The notes beneath the pieces are model-generated. The model was not told where the DNA came from and did no database searches. It worked only from the letters and a program-made list of their open reading frames with translations. The translations under genes were made by a program, and so were the position numbers. A DNA stretch of 64,000 bases from NCBI GenBank assembly GCA_011364965.1, contig RDOB01000003.1, forward strand, positions 304,939-368,938, written 5' to 3'. The stretch comes from Candidatus Heimdallarchaeota archaeon (GTDB lineage: Archaea > Asgardarchaeota > Heimdallarchaeia > Hodarchaeales > Hodarchaeaceae). This document shows positions 48,585 through 59,644 of this stretch, in pieces (position 1 is the stretch's first letter; every line of letters begins with the position of its first letter).

Positions 48585-48702
48585 TCTAGAATCGATTCTT
48601 TCTTCATATTAACGATATACTGATTTTCTGCAATCTTGCAACAAAGGAAGTGCTTAATAGTACTCTGTTTTCCAATTACGATTACACATAGGATGAATTT
48701 GC

Positions 48703-49329
48703 GTGACTCCTAAGCAATATAATCACACAATAGGGAAAAAAATCGAGACTCTGTTGCACGATATGCAATCTGTGAGTTCTTATCACCGCGCAGAGGCGAT
48801 CAAACAGATTGGGAATTTGCAATTGAGTATCCAAGATATCCCACTAGAAGTCCACAAGAAACTCGAACTAGCTCTCCGTGATCCTGAACCAGAAGTACGA
48901 AGCGAAGCAATAATGGCTCTTGCTTTTCTAGAACAAGAACTCGCTCTTCCCCTTTTGGAGCCATTATTCGATGATCAAAGTGATTTGGTTAAAGGAAGAC
49001 TTTTAGCAGCTTTAAGTTATATCGGTGTTACTCCGAATCCATCATTAACTGAAAAATTAATCGCTTACCTTAACTATCCTAACGAAGAAATTAGAGACCG
49101 ATGTGCAAGAGCTTTAGGACGGTTAAAAATAAAAAATTCTAAATTAGAATTGCTTAATTTGGTTAAAAATGACCCCTCAGAAATGGTTCGTGCTGGCGCA
49201 GTTGCAGCTTTGGGAATGATACAAATAAAAGACAATTTTCTCTCAACGGAGCTAGAAAAGTTGTTAGAAGAAGAAAATTCTAGACTTGTAAAACTTTCTA
49301 TCAAAGAAACATTAGCTCTGTTAAAATAA
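48703..49329 (+). CDS. HEAT-repeat (PBS lyase-like) protein
   Basis: LRDPEPEVRSEAIMAL, EIRDRCARALG and DPSEMVRAGAVAALG repeats. Confidence 0.85.
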   Translation: MTPKQYNHTIGKKIETLLHDMQSVSSYHRAEAIKQIGNLQLSIQDIPLEVHKKLELALRDPEPEVRSEAIMALAFLEQELALPLLEPLFDDQSDLVKGRLLAALSYIGVTPNPSLTEKLIAYLNYPNEEIRDRCARALGRLKIKNSKLELLNLVKNDPSEMVRAGAVAALGMIQIKDNFLSTELEKLLEEENSRLVKLSIKETLALLK

Positions 49330-49382
49330 AATTTAGGTAATTAAAAAGAATGTTCAGATTTGCTATTGAAGCTATTCTATTT

Positions 49383-49420
49383 GGCTTTCGAGGAGGAAGT
49401 GATAAGCTTCCTCGAAAGCC
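49383..49420. terminator. GC-rich hairpin between convergent genes
   Basis: GGCTTTCGAGGA(49383-94) ... TCCTCGAAAGCC(49409-20) form a perfect 12-bp stem. Confidence 0.55.
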
Positions 49421-49445
49421 TCCTCTCCCCTCGTTTTAAATTTTT

Positions 49446-50414
49446 TTAAAATTCTTGATTATCAACCCATTGTTCAGGAGAAAACCATCCATGACTTCGT
49501 TTTTCTTCTATTAATTCATCTCGAAAATCTGAGAAATAGTACGTTGTCCCTCCCATGATAATTTCAATACTTTTAAAACCAGGGTTTTCAGATAACCACA
49601 CCTGAATTTTTTCAACCTCGGTATAAGAAGAACAAAGAAAGGTTAGTAGTAAAATAGGGGCATCAGTAACCTTCCAAACGCTCCAAAACGACTCAGTAAA
49701 TGTTTCATGTAATTCACGGCTTAATTCCCTTAGGTAAGGATCAGTAATCAGAGTAAGTTCCATACGAAAAACAGTCCAAGACTCTTTATGGGATCGTGCA
49801 GGATTTAGATGAATTGTTTCATCTATAAGCTCATTTTGACGTAAAAAATCAAGGCGATGAGCCAAAGTTTCAATGGAAATTTGCGTTCTTTTTGCCAACT
49901 CAGGTAATGGGAGACGCCCTTGTTCACGAAGATGCGATAAGAGTAACCAATCTACCTTTTCCAATGCGAGAACATCAGATTTCGGCTCTTTGGTTATTTC
50001 GCCAGGCATGTATACCACTTTGTATGCTTTCAACTCATTAAAAGAAGGATGTATACCCTTAAAGTATTCTAGCACCTCCTCAATATCAAGATCTTGTACA
50101 TAATGAATGAAAGCAAAACCCTCAATATTTTGTCCTACAGAAATATATTCAACTGCAGGATTAATACCAAGAAGAGTAATACGATCTAGATCTATAATTT
50201 CTTGGGAACGAAAGAAAATAAAAGCTTGCTTTACATCGAATAACGCAGGAGTTAGGATCACTGTAAATTTTAATATGATATGTTCATCAACAAGCCTTTT
50301 TACTCGAGATGTCACTTCCTCGGGAGGAATATTATAATACTGAGCTAAATCTGAAAAGGAAATTCGGCAGCTTTGTTTCAATTCGAATAGAAGATTTTTA
50401 TCAAGCTTGTCCAT
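49446..50414 (-). CDS. Lrp/AsnC-family regulator with two tandem HTH-RAM units
   Basis: MDKLDKNLLFELKQSCRISFSDLA...V..RVKRL and second unit LEKVDWLLLSHLREQGRLPLPELA...RL..L. Confidence 0.85.
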   Translation of the reverse strand: MDKLDKNLLFELKQSCRISFSDLAQYYNIPPEEVTSRVKRLVDEHIILKFTVILTPALFDVKQAFIFFRSQEIIDLDRITLLGINPAVEYISVGQNIEGFAFIHYVQDLDIEEVLEYFKGIHPSFNELKAYKVVYMPGEITKEPKSDVLALEKVDWLLLSHLREQGRLPLPELAKRTQISIETLAHRLDFLRQNELIDETIHLNPARSHKESWTVFRMELTLITDPYLRELSRELHETFTESFWSVWKVTDAPILLLTFLCSSYTEVEKIQVWLSENPGFKSIEIIMGGTTYYFSDFRDELIEEKRSHGWFSPEQWVDNQEF

Positions 50415-50943
50415 TCAATAAACTCCCAAGGGGGATTTTCGGAATCTACTTTATTACAACAAGAGTTACAAGTACAAAATCACACAAAAAATCTATATGA
50501 GGTTTTAGTCATAAATTTGTTTATTGATTTCCAAGGTCATCCTAATTATTATTTAAAAGCAATTTTTTGCTAAATATCATATAATTAGAAGAGAAGGATT
50601 TTTTAATCCAAAGATCAAATCTATTCATACGATATCGATCTAGATATTTTAGAACACGAAAGACTTAAGTTATGCTATCAAGTTAAGATAATGTGGTTTT
50701 AGAGACAAAAGAAAGAGAAGAATGCGTCCCTAAACTATATGAAAATAATAAAATGAAAATCTAAAATGAAATTAGGGGGATATCTTGAAGCAAAGCGAAT
50801 CTTACGATATAATTCTACATTTCAAAGACTTTTATTAAAGAAATTATTCATTTAAATGTTTATTGAGCGAGAATGAAAGCTATTTATAGTCGGAGTTACT
50901 CAGGTAAGAACTCGGACTTATATATACAAGAGGTTGTAAAAAG

Positions 50944-51153
50944 ATGGAAAGTACCTATAAAATCATTGAGTTAGTTGGATCTTCTCCAACAAGCTGGGAG
51001 GATGCTATACAAAGAGCTATTACTGAAGCTTCAAAATCACTACGAGATCTAAGAATCGCAACGGTAGATGAATTGGATTGTAAAATCGAGAACGGTAAAA
51101 TAGTATCATATCGTGCACGTTTCCGATTGAGTTTTAAATACGAAACAGATTAA
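50944..51153 (+). CDS. Dodecin (flavin-binding)
   Basis: YKIIELVGSS..SWEDAI..AI..ASKSLR.L...Y.....LSFK. Confidence 0.92.
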   Translation: MESTYKIIELVGSSPTSWEDAIQRAITEASKSLRDLRIATVDELDCKIENGKIVSYRARFRLSFKYETD

Positions 51154-51423
51154 ATAATATTTGGTTAGGAGACATTAGAGTTAAATATTCTCCTTATTCC
51201 CTTTTTTGATAGATTATTGTTCCACACGAAGCACAATACCGTTCATGTAAATCAAGCTCACTATCTAATTACACTTTGGATCTCATTCTTAAAAATCTGG
51301 CGAAAGAAGAATCATTCCTCCTAAGTTTTTTGATGCCTTCTCATCCGCATTTCATAGGGATTTCTCTTTAATTCGCTTAGTTGTATATAGATCTTTATCA
51401 TAACAACCTTTCTAGGTGTATTT

Positions 51424-52096
51424 ATGAAACAAATTACTAGGATGCTAATATTAATGTTGTTTCTATCTGGTGTATTTACAATTTCATCAAATATGATGCA
51501 AATGCCTTTAAAATTTAAAACAACATCAGAAATAGAAACACAGTCCATTGCTACAGTTGAACTTGAGGAAGGAAGGACAAACGCTCTTCAATAGCTTTAT
51601 GCTAGACTGTTTGAATGCTGACTTCGATGATTCAACCTATAAAGATGCATATGAATTGTGGTTGAATGAAATTGCATTCATGATGCGCCTAGCAATCGAT
51701 TCACCTACAGTTATTTCTTATGTGAAAGGTTCTAAGGGAAATAATATTAGCTGGACTCCAACAAGTTGGTACCCTGATGAATATTCAGTTGATATAAATG
51801 GTACGATCGCTACTACAAGTCCATGGGATGGCGGTGCTATTCTGTTTGGCGCAGATGGTCTAGCAACAGGAATTTATTTAATTACTTTCACGGTCTCTGA
51901 TGGTTTAGGATTAACTGCCTCAGATACTGTTCAGGTTAACGTCACAGCTAATCCAAACATTTTCGCTTTTCTAGAAGATATCAATTCCGAGCTCCTTCTC
52001 TTAATAGGTGGAGAGCTTATTGGCTTGCTTCTAATAGTAATTATCTTCCGAAGAATACGAGGTGAATCATCTAAACCAACCAAGAAGAAAATGTAG
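51424..52096 (+). pseudogene. Disrupted surface protein: signal-peptide ORF (51424-51594) out of frame with an Ig-like domain + TM anchor (to 52096)
   Basis: MKQITRMLILMLFLSGVF... stops at TAG 51592-94; a second frame encodes GNNISWTP...WDG...G.Y.ITFTVSD..G...DTV.V.V, TM and a basic tail. Confidence 0.55.
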
Positions 52097-52114
52097 CCGT
52101 GAAATAAGGAAAAA

Positions 52115-52160
52115 TGAACCTGTTATTCAAAATAGGTTCAATTTCGTTTTTTTGTTTTAG
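52115..52160 (+). terminator. Hairpin followed by T-rich tract
   Basis: TGAACCTGTT..AATAGGTTCA stem followed by T-rich sequence, between convergent genes. Confidence 0.45.
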
Positions 52161-52199
52161 ATTTCCCATGAAAATCTGAGAGAGAAGATTGGGTTCAAA

Positions 52200-53507
52200 T
52201 TAGCAAGAATTATCAAAGGTTTCTGCAAGATTGGTACCTTTTGTCTCATGAAGTATAAAATAGACGACTGGGATTATTAATAGAAGTAAGAGACCTAAAA
52301 CTAAGAAACAATAACCTAAACCAATGATAGGGATAAGTAATCCAGTGAATGCACTTCCAGTTGTGATTCCAAAGGCATAGAAAAGACTTCTATATCCATT
52401 TCCTGTCCCGCGAAAATTTGTGGGATAATGTTCTAAGCAAATCAATCTCCCTATGACATTCAAGGACCAGAAAGCTCCTGACAACAACATCGCTCCTATT
52501 AAAACTCCAATTTCAGAACTACTAAGAACCAATATCACTCCTATAGGAAAAATACAGACTAACAAAGAAATTGTTGATTTCCTTCCTAGCAAGTCAGCAA
52601 TGACTCCACAAAGAGCATAACTAATAATAGACGCAATTCCCATAAGAAAAATAACAAAAGAGACAAAATCCAGAGGAAATCCACGGTCACTCATTAGATA
52701 TGTCTCTCCCAACGTGAGAAAAGTATAATTCATTCCAGTTAGAAAACTCATTCCAATGATTGCTAGAGAAATTTTGTGGTAAGGAGCCTGGAAAGGAGAA
52801 AGTAGTTGGGAAATCCAGGGAGAAGAAGAGGGAAGCTTCAAATCATCCTGTTTAGCTAATTTGAATATACGATAACTTCGAGTCTCTCTGAGAAATAAAG
52901 CTAGGAAGGATAGAGGGATTGCCAATGCAGCGAACCACGTCATCGCTCGCCAAGTATACGCGGGAACTAGTAAAGATCTTAAGATAGGTATGAGAAGGGT
53001 CACAGATGCTCCAGCAACTAAAATAAGATTAACAATAATGGCACGATATTTCTCTGGAGCTTCTTCAGAAATAGTAATAACCCAGATATCAGAACTAAAC
53101 CAGACAAAAAGGAAAAAGAGAAAAGCAGAATACTCAACAAGATTAGAACTCAACCCTAGCAGCAATGACATTAATCCCATACCAAATAAAACAATGAAAA
53201 GCATAGGTTTACGTCCAATACGATCTGCAATAGCTTGATTAAGAAATACGAAATACATTCCTACTGATGATAGAGCGACTGCAAAAGCATAATCAGCTGC
53301 GGAAGCCTGAAATTCACTAATGACGAAAGAACCTATAGTGGACCAAAAAAGCGTGGTATAAGTGTCAAAAATCTCGTTAAAGATGAGAAAAAGTATTAAA
53401 AATGCCAAATACCAAGACCAAGCAGATTTAAACTGATTAGTTGACAATAAAGTCCTCCTAAAACTCCTGCAATATAATTCAGAAGTTAGTATGAAAAAAA
53501 CTATCAT
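52200..53507 (-). CDS. MFS transporter
   Basis: ADRIGRK and ADLLGRK motif A; EEAPEKYR; EHYPTNFRG; ETKG; about 12 TMs. Confidence 0.9.
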   Translation of the reverse strand: MIVFFILTSELYCRSFRRTLLSTNQFKSAWSWYLAFLILFLIFNEIFDTYTTLFWSTIGSFVISEFQASAADYAFAVALSSVGMYFVFLNQAIADRIGRKPMLFIVLFGMGLMSLLLGLSSNLVEYSAFLFFLFVWFSSDIWVITISEEAPEKYRAIIVNLILVAGASVTLLIPILRSLLVPAYTWRAMTWFAALAIPLSFLALFLRETRSYRIFKLAKQDDLKLPSSSPWISQLLSPFQAPYHKISLAIIGMSFLTGMNYTFLTLGETYLMSDRGFPLDFVSFVIFLMGIASIISYALCGVIADLLGRKSTISLLVCIFPIGVILVLSSSEIGVLIGAMLLSGAFWSLNVIGRLICLEHYPTNFRGTGNGYRSLFYAFGITTGSAFTGLLIPIIGLGYCFLVLGLLLLLIIPVVYFILHETKGTNLAETFDNSC

Positions 53508-53740
53508 TCTTGATATTCTTTTAGCTAACTAATGTAACTTTCAGGAAGTAAAAAGATACAAATCCTTTGATTAGAAAAATCCTCCTTTTTCAATGGCCGG
53601 GACAAACGTGTGGAATTTTGCTTTTAGGGGAAATAAATGAAACAATAATGATTTTTTCACGGCGATTGATATACTGAATTATTACATCATCATCAACCTG
53701 TGATTTATTGAATGAAAACTGCTTGGTCATAGTTATTCAC

Positions 53741-54481
53741 CTACCACGGTAACTCGTTACCCTGCCAATCTAAGAATTTTCCCGAATCCTTTAATTCCAA
53801 TGATTCAATAATGGATATCATACCTTGAACAGAATCACGGGCTTCAAGAGGAGCATTCTCACAGTATAACATCGTTGTTTTTACCCATCCTGGATGAAAA
53901 GAAACCACAATGATTTTGTCTTCTTTTAGCTCAAAAGAAAGCATCTTAGTAAACATGTTAAGAGCAGCTTTACTCGAACTGTAACCATAACCAGTACTAC
54001 CATTTCCTCGCTTTTTAGTAATACTCCCACTATTTGATGAAATATTCACAACAATAGGATTTGTACTCTTTGCTAGTAATGGAAAAAACTTCTCTGTGAT
54101 TAAAAGAGGAGCCACAGCATTAACCAAAAGACTTCTACACAGATCAACTTGATTAAGCTCACCAAAGCGATACCGAAATTTTTCATTCCCTGAAGCAATA
54201 CCTGCATTATTAATCAGAATATCGAGGTGATTTATTTTCTCAATTAACTTTTCAAATATCTTCTGACGGGACTCCTCCTCACTTACATCCAGATTTTGAA
54301 TGATTAATCGATTATCATATTGGTCTTTCAGCTGCTGTAATTCTGGTGATGTGAAAGGGGTTCGACTAGCTGTAACAACAAAAAATCCCATCCTCAAGAA
54401 TTGTTTTGTGAATTCGAACCCAATTCCCCGAGTTCCACCTGTAATAAGCACATTTTTTTGGGGATTATTTTTAGAATTCAA
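53741..54481 (-). CDS. Short-chain dehydrogenase/reductase (CsgA/C-factor-like)
   Basis: TGGTRGIG, NNAG, NISS, YSSSK, HPGWVKT, F.DWQG..LPW. Confidence 0.92.
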   Translation of the reverse strand: MNSKNNPQKNVLITGGTRGIGFEFTKQFLRMGFFVVTASRTPFTSPELQQLKDQYDNRLIIQNLDVSEEESRQKIFEKLIEKINHLDILINNAGIASGNEKFRYRFGELNQVDLCRSLLVNAVAPLLITEKFFPLLAKSTNPIVVNISSNSGSITKKRGNGSTGYGYSSSKAALNMFTKMLSFELKEDKIIVVSFHPGWVKTTMLYCENAPLEARDSVQGMISIIESLELKDSGKFLDWQGNELPW

Positions 54482-54775
54482 GGTCTATTCCACTAAATTC
54501 AGAGTAACGGACGTTTCTATCCAAGATTGAACGGTTCATAAATTACTCTTCAAATATAAATGGAATTGTTTATACCAATAAATAATTTTTGTTTGAGGTG
54601 AAAAGGAGCTCAATAACTATGAAAGATGTTACTAAAGCAAAATTCGAATAATTATTCCGAAATATCTTTTAGATTATCTCGCTAGGAACTCAAGGATAGT
54701 GAGAAACTTCATACGGAGCGTTACCTATCCTTACCTTTGGAAATAATTCGATGCTTGTTTCAAGATTAAAAGGAG

Positions 54776-55501
54776 TCACTGAGGTCGAAACACTTGGTCA
54801 GGAGGTGTAGTTTCATTAATGATATTACTGGTGAGATTCCAAGATTCAATCATTCCTCCCCAAGACGGTTTAATCTCCGCTCTATGACGGAGATATACTT
54901 GAATCCAGTCATATGGAGGAATCATAACATGCCAAGATAATTCAAGTTCCCAAAATTCACTTTTGAATAAATAATGCTCCACAATAAGTAATCCAGCATC
55001 ATTGCAGGATATATCCCAAGGAGTAGTAACATTAATGTTGAATTGGGGTTTGGATTGTTCAAAATACTCAAGAAATGGGGTTAATCTCTCGTAAGCTGGT
55101 TCATGTTCAGAGTCTCCCCAATCCCAAACTTCAAGAACAGCATTATCAGATGTTTCGCCAATGGTAACCTCCAGCAGAATATTCTGCCCAATATGAGTAG
55201 AGTTGGGAAAAAGAAAAATCTCAAGGACAGATGGTGTTATATTTGCCCAGAGTTGATATTCCGTTACAATCGAAACATTGGTTGAGATGATAATTTCAGA
55301 GATAGATTGAGGGATTATACTGGAAATATTGACAATAAACCACGCAAAATTATTAGGACATGAATTCACCTTTTTTGTAACAATTTCTATGCTAATTGTT
55401 GTGTTTGTGGAATTCTGAAGCAATACAAATGCAAAAAACAAAGTAAAGAATAGGATTAAACCAATGGAAAATGTCGCAATCCATATAGTAGTTCTAGACA
55501 A
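54776..55501 (-). CDS. Membrane-anchored hypothetical protein
   Basis: N-terminal TM; NxS/T sequons; conserved-looking LIVEHYLF..WE..WHVMIPPYDW. Confidence 0.65.
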   Translation of the reverse strand: MSRTTIWIATFSIGLILFFTLFFAFVLLQNSTNTTISIEIVTKKVNSCPNNFAWFIVNISSIIPQSISEIIISTNVSIVTEYQLWANITPSVLEIFLFPNSTHIGQNILLEVTIGETSDNAVLEVWDWGDSEHEPAYERLTPFLEYFEQSKPQFNINVTTPWDISCNDAGLLIVEHYLFKSEFWELELSWHVMIPPYDWIQVYLRHRAEIKPSWGGMIESWNLTSNIINETTPPDQVFRPQ

Positions 55502-55752
55502 TGGGTATTATCCCTCTAAAGGAATTATATTGATTATAGATAGATAGCTACTGAGATTAAAGAGTAAGTTTTGATGCAATTTGATATATTTCCTAAAAAG
55601 TGGATTTAGAGGGAACATAAGTCCTGAATGACTCAATTGTAGTAAAATTATAAACCAAGTAAAGATTGATGTTTCCCAAATTTAATAAACTTGTCTGTGT
55701 CCAATTCATGAGATTTGATAGATCAGGTTAGCTAATACTGAGGTTGGCATAA

Positions 55753-58581
55753 TTGACTTTGAATAAAAAAATACTAATATTATTGCTAGCTAGTATTATA
55801 TTGTCTGGAATTTCTCGATATTTTTACAATACTGAATTCAATAAAAATTTATTTGAACAAAAAATAACAAAGAATCCATATCAAGATGCAGGGAGACCTC
55901 AAATTCCCGTAGAACCCTCATTGAGCCCCAATCTAAATTCTTATCTACCAAAGTTCGCAATAGAGACTACAAGAGAGATGCAGGAGAATGAGGATGATTT
56001 TTATGCGGGATTATTAACTAATTTGACTGTTAATACAGAAGGAAATCTGTTATTAGACAAATGGGACATAGATAATTGGAAGGATATCACCACTTCGGGT
56101 CCGTCTAAAAGATGGGGCCATGCTATGGCATACGACTCTAAATTCAATAAAATAGTCTTATTTGGAGGCAGGAATGACGATTGGGAGTTTTTATATGATA
56201 CATGGGTTTATGATCTGGAAACAAACACTTGGGCTGAAATTTACATTCCAGAAATGTACCCAGATCCACGCATACATCATACGATGGTTTATTCTCCTGC
56301 AGCTGACCTGATTCTGTTACATGGAGGATTGAGTCAATGGGAGGAAGCTCTTGAAGATATGTGGACTTTTGATCTTAAAACTAATGAATGGGCATTTTTA
56401 GACTTTGGGCCTAGACGGTGCGGTCATACGCTGGTTTATGATCCATTTGAGGAGAATATTATTCTCTTTGGAGGGTATGATCCCTATTATCGAACATACT
56501 TTCGGGATACATGGTTATTAGACTGGCGAGGAGGGCATCCAGCAGACTGGTATAATATCACATCAAGCTTAGATACTCTCAGTCCACGCGCATTTTATTC
56601 CATGTCATGTGTATATTCAAATGAGGATCTTAAGGATAGATCTCTTATTTTATTTGGAGGTGAAAATGATGGAAACGGTTTTGATGATACCTGGATTTAT
56701 GATTTTAACCATTGGACTCAGATTTCTCCATCAACATCCCCAAGTGAAAGACTGGGACATACTATGATCTATGATAATGTGACACCTCAGGTAGTTATAT
56801 TTGGGGGGTATTCCACTGAAACTTATGAAATGTGTTCTGATACGTGGATTTTCAATCTTACTACCTCCTCATGGACCCAAAAAAGTCCATCTGAACACCC
56901 AGAGGGAAGATATTATCATAGCATGGTTCACATCCCAAAAGCGAACTTAAGTTTAATATTTGGAGGGTATGACCCATCAGAATACCCCGATATTCATTTC
57001 AGTGATACATGGATCTACCTAACTAATAATTATTATGAATCAGGATCATTTCTCTCTCAGATAACAAATTTTGACCATATTTATAACATTCAGGGAAATA
57101 TGAGTTGGAACATTCCCAATGCTCCAGCAAATACTTCTCTAGAAATACAAATTGGATTTTCTAATACCACTAATGACGATAACTTTCGATTTTGGTCCAT
57201 TAATGAACCCGAAGATACATTTACGGGCCTTGCTCAATATATTCGCTTTCAAGCACAATTCAAAGCGAATTTGATCCAGAATTCAACTCCTTGGCTAGAA
57301 TGGGTGAATATTTCATGTACCCTTTTCAGACCAGTGCCATTTGTAGAAATAACGAATCCATTAGATGATAATCAAGTAACGGGAGCGATTTTTGTCTCTG
57401 CAAAAAGCGAATCTCCAAATGGCATTGCAAACATTTCTTTCCTTATCGATGAGGTTTTACAGGTTACTCTGCTTTCAGAACCCTACAGATTTCTTTGGAA
57501 TAGCGAAACAACAGTCAATAAGGTCATAACTATAACTGCAGTTGCAATTACTACCTTGGGCCAAACAAACTCTCATTCTGTCCAAGTAGAGGTGCACAAT
57601 CAAGTTAATACATATCCCAGTTCGCCCCAAAATCTTTCAGCGATCACAGGACAAAATAATATTTCATTAATGTGGGATCCACCGCTTGATACAGGAGGTA
57701 CAGAAATAGTACAGTATAATATCTATCGAGGAACTACATCTACTGAATATCTCTTCTTAGGTTTAACTACCCTTATAACTTTCACTGATATAATGGTCAG
57801 CACTGGAATTACGTATCATTATGCTGTCACCGCGGAGAATAGCGTGGGTGAGAGTGGATTTTCAACACCAGTAAGTATTGCTATCACAGATGTCTCTGCT
57901 ACCGTTCCAGACACTCCGAGTGATTTAAGCGCTAGTACAGGGTATAATTATGTCGAATTAAATTGGAATGTACCAGAGAAAAATGGAGGAAGCCCTCTCA
58001 TAGGTTATCGAGTTTACCGGGGAATCCAGAGTGGGGATTATAATGTAATCTTTCTCTCTACAACACCGAATTATAATGACACACTTGTCAAAGCAGGTTC
58101 AACGTACTATTACGTGATAACAGCTGAGAACGATGTAGGAGAGAGCTTAGTTTCGGAAGAAATTATAATCACAACTTCAGATCCACCTTCCACTCTCACT
58201 ATTCCTAATCCTCCAAGCAGTTTAACAACCAATGCAGGCGAAAATTATGTGGAAATAAGCTGGAATGCTCCAGAAAATGATGGAGGGAGTCCAATCACCA
58301 GCTATCGCGTATATCGAGGAACACAGACAGGTGAGTATTCCCTAATTTTTATTACTACGCGGACAACGTATAATGACACCCTAATCCTTGGCGAAACGAC
58401 ATATTATTATGTAATAACTGCTGTAAATGCTCTTGGGGAGAGTTACTATTCACAGGAAGAAGAGGCAACTCCCACAGGAGTCTCTATTCCCAAGTCGGGG
58501 GCATTCCCAGATATTTTAAGTATAATAGCTATTCTAGTGGTAGGGGTGGTCCTCATACGGAAGAAGAGACAAAAATCCTGA
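55753..58581 (+). CDS. Cell-surface protein: kelch propeller + Ig-like + three FN3 domains + CTERM anchor
   Basis: Six R..H.M.Y...LFGG...DTW kelch repeats; three P..P..L.A..G...V.L.W..P...GG FN3 units; GAFP-TM-RKKR. Confidence 0.9.
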   Translation: MTLNKKILILLLASIILSGISRYFYNTEFNKNLFEQKITKNPYQDAGRPQIPVEPSLSPNLNSYLPKFAIETTREMQENEDDFYAGLLTNLTVNTEGNLLLDKWDIDNWKDITTSGPSKRWGHAMAYDSKFNKIVLFGGRNDDWEFLYDTWVYDLETNTWAEIYIPEMYPDPRIHHTMVYSPAADLILLHGGLSQWEEALEDMWTFDLKTNEWAFLDFGPRRCGHTLVYDPFEENIILFGGYDPYYRTYFRDTWLLDWRGGHPADWYNITSSLDTLSPRAFYSMSCVYSNEDLKDRSLILFGGENDGNGFDDTWIYDFNHWTQISPSTSPSERLGHTMIYDNVTPQVVIFGGYSTETYEMCSDTWIFNLTTSSWTQKSPSEHPEGRYYHSMVHIPKANLSLIFGGYDPSEYPDIHFSDTWIYLTNNYYESGSFLSQITNFDHIYNIQGNMSWNIPNAPANTSLEIQIGFSNTTNDDNFRFWSINEPEDTFTGLAQYIRFQAQFKANLIQNSTPWLEWVNISCTLFRPVPFVEITNPLDDNQVTGAIFVSAKSESPNGIANISFLIDEVLQVTLLSEPYRFLWNSETTVNKVITITAVAITTLGQTNSHSVQVEVHNQVNTYPSSPQNLSAITGQNNISLMWDPPLDTGGTEIVQYNIYRGTTSTEYLFLGLTTLITFTDIMVSTGITYHYAVTAENSVGESGFSTPVSIAITDVSATVPDTPSDLSASTGYNYVELNWNVPEKNGGSPLIGYRVYRGIQSGDYNVIFLSTTPNYNDTLVKAGSTYYYVITAENDVGESLVSEEIIITTSDPPSTLTIPNPPSSLTTNAGENYVEISWNAPENDGGSPITSYRVYRGTQTGEYSLIFITTRTTYNDTLILGETTYYYVITAVNALGESYYSQEEEATPTGVSIPKSGAFPDILSIIAILVVGVVLIRKKRQKS

Positions 58582-58608
58582 AAACGAAAATGATAATGAT
58601 CAAAGTCT

Positions 58609-59394
58609 TTAGGGTAAATGTATAAAGAATGTGGACCACGGATTATTAGGTGCTAAGAAGGGAGCTAGAATCGCATAAATCAGGACAACAGTAATTGGAA
58701 TACTGATATTGTCTACTTCACTCGGTGACAACGCCTCAGTAATAGTTCCAGCGACAATCGCTATTAGTGAAGGCCAAAGAATTAAAGCAAAATCATAGCC
58801 AAAAGCAATAAAGAATAAAAAACAACTGATCACCGAAAAAATAAGCATAGATATGGATCCTGGAATCGATTTCTGTGCAAATATAGTATATTTCATTCTA
58901 TTGATTTTTCGTCCAAATAAATCAGCAACACCATCGCCAAATGCTAACGTAGATACTACAAGAATTGATATAGGACTACTGCTAGCCTCTAAGGGATAAG
59001 ATGAAAAACAGAAGAGGGTGACAAACATCCCTGCAATCGCATAGTAGAATGTTCCTCGCAATAATTCTTTGGGATCCTCAGAACGAGACATAGATTGAAC
59101 AAAAGACTCCCCTTTAAACTTTCCAGTGCCAATGAAATAGAATAGTATTATAAAAGTCAGAGGAACAGTAGCTGCAAGATAAGGGCTAAACCATTCTCCA
59201 GTGTAGAAAAAGAAACTAATTATTAGTGTGGGACCAGCTAAAAGATGTATAAGTTTTCTAGTTACGTATTGACTAGTAATACCCTTTCTTCTAAGGGTAA
59301 AATTCACGATTATAAATACAAAAATGATTATTAATGTTATTAAGAGAACCAAAATATCTTGGAGAAGAGGGAATTCTGCAGGGAAGAACTTCAT
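58609..59394 (-). CDS. CTP-dependent polyprenol (phytol/dolichol) kinase family
   Basis: RKLIH, MSRS.D.KEL.RG..YY, GDGVADLFGR, KS..GS, DNI. Confidence 0.85.
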   Translation of the reverse strand: MKFFPAEFPLLQDILVLLITLIIIFVFIIVNFTLRRKGITSQYVTRKLIHLLAGPTLIISFFFYTGEWFSPYLAATVPLTFIILFYFIGTGKFKGESFVQSMSRSEDPKELLRGTFYYAIAGMFVTLFCFSSYPLEASSSPISILVVSTLAFGDGVADLFGRKINRMKYTIFAQKSIPGSISMLIFSVISCFLFFIAFGYDFALILWPSLIAIVAGTITEALSPSEVDNISIPITVVLIYAILAPFLAPNNPWSTFFIHLP

Positions 59395-59644
59395 CTAGAA
59401 CCACCCAAGTGCAAACGTTAATCTCCTGATTTAGTACTTCAACCTATAAAAAGATTTAGCACAGGAAGGTGACTTCTTTCACATTAGACATTTCTAGAAT
59501 ATTTAAAGTTCCATAAGGAAGGAAAACTCCATATTCTATTTCAGATCAATCTTTTCCATAAGAATCAATAAACAGAATGATCTTTTTCAATAACTTCGAG
59601 GTTCTGTAGTCATTGGGTTTAAAAAGAGGTCAATCAAACAATAC

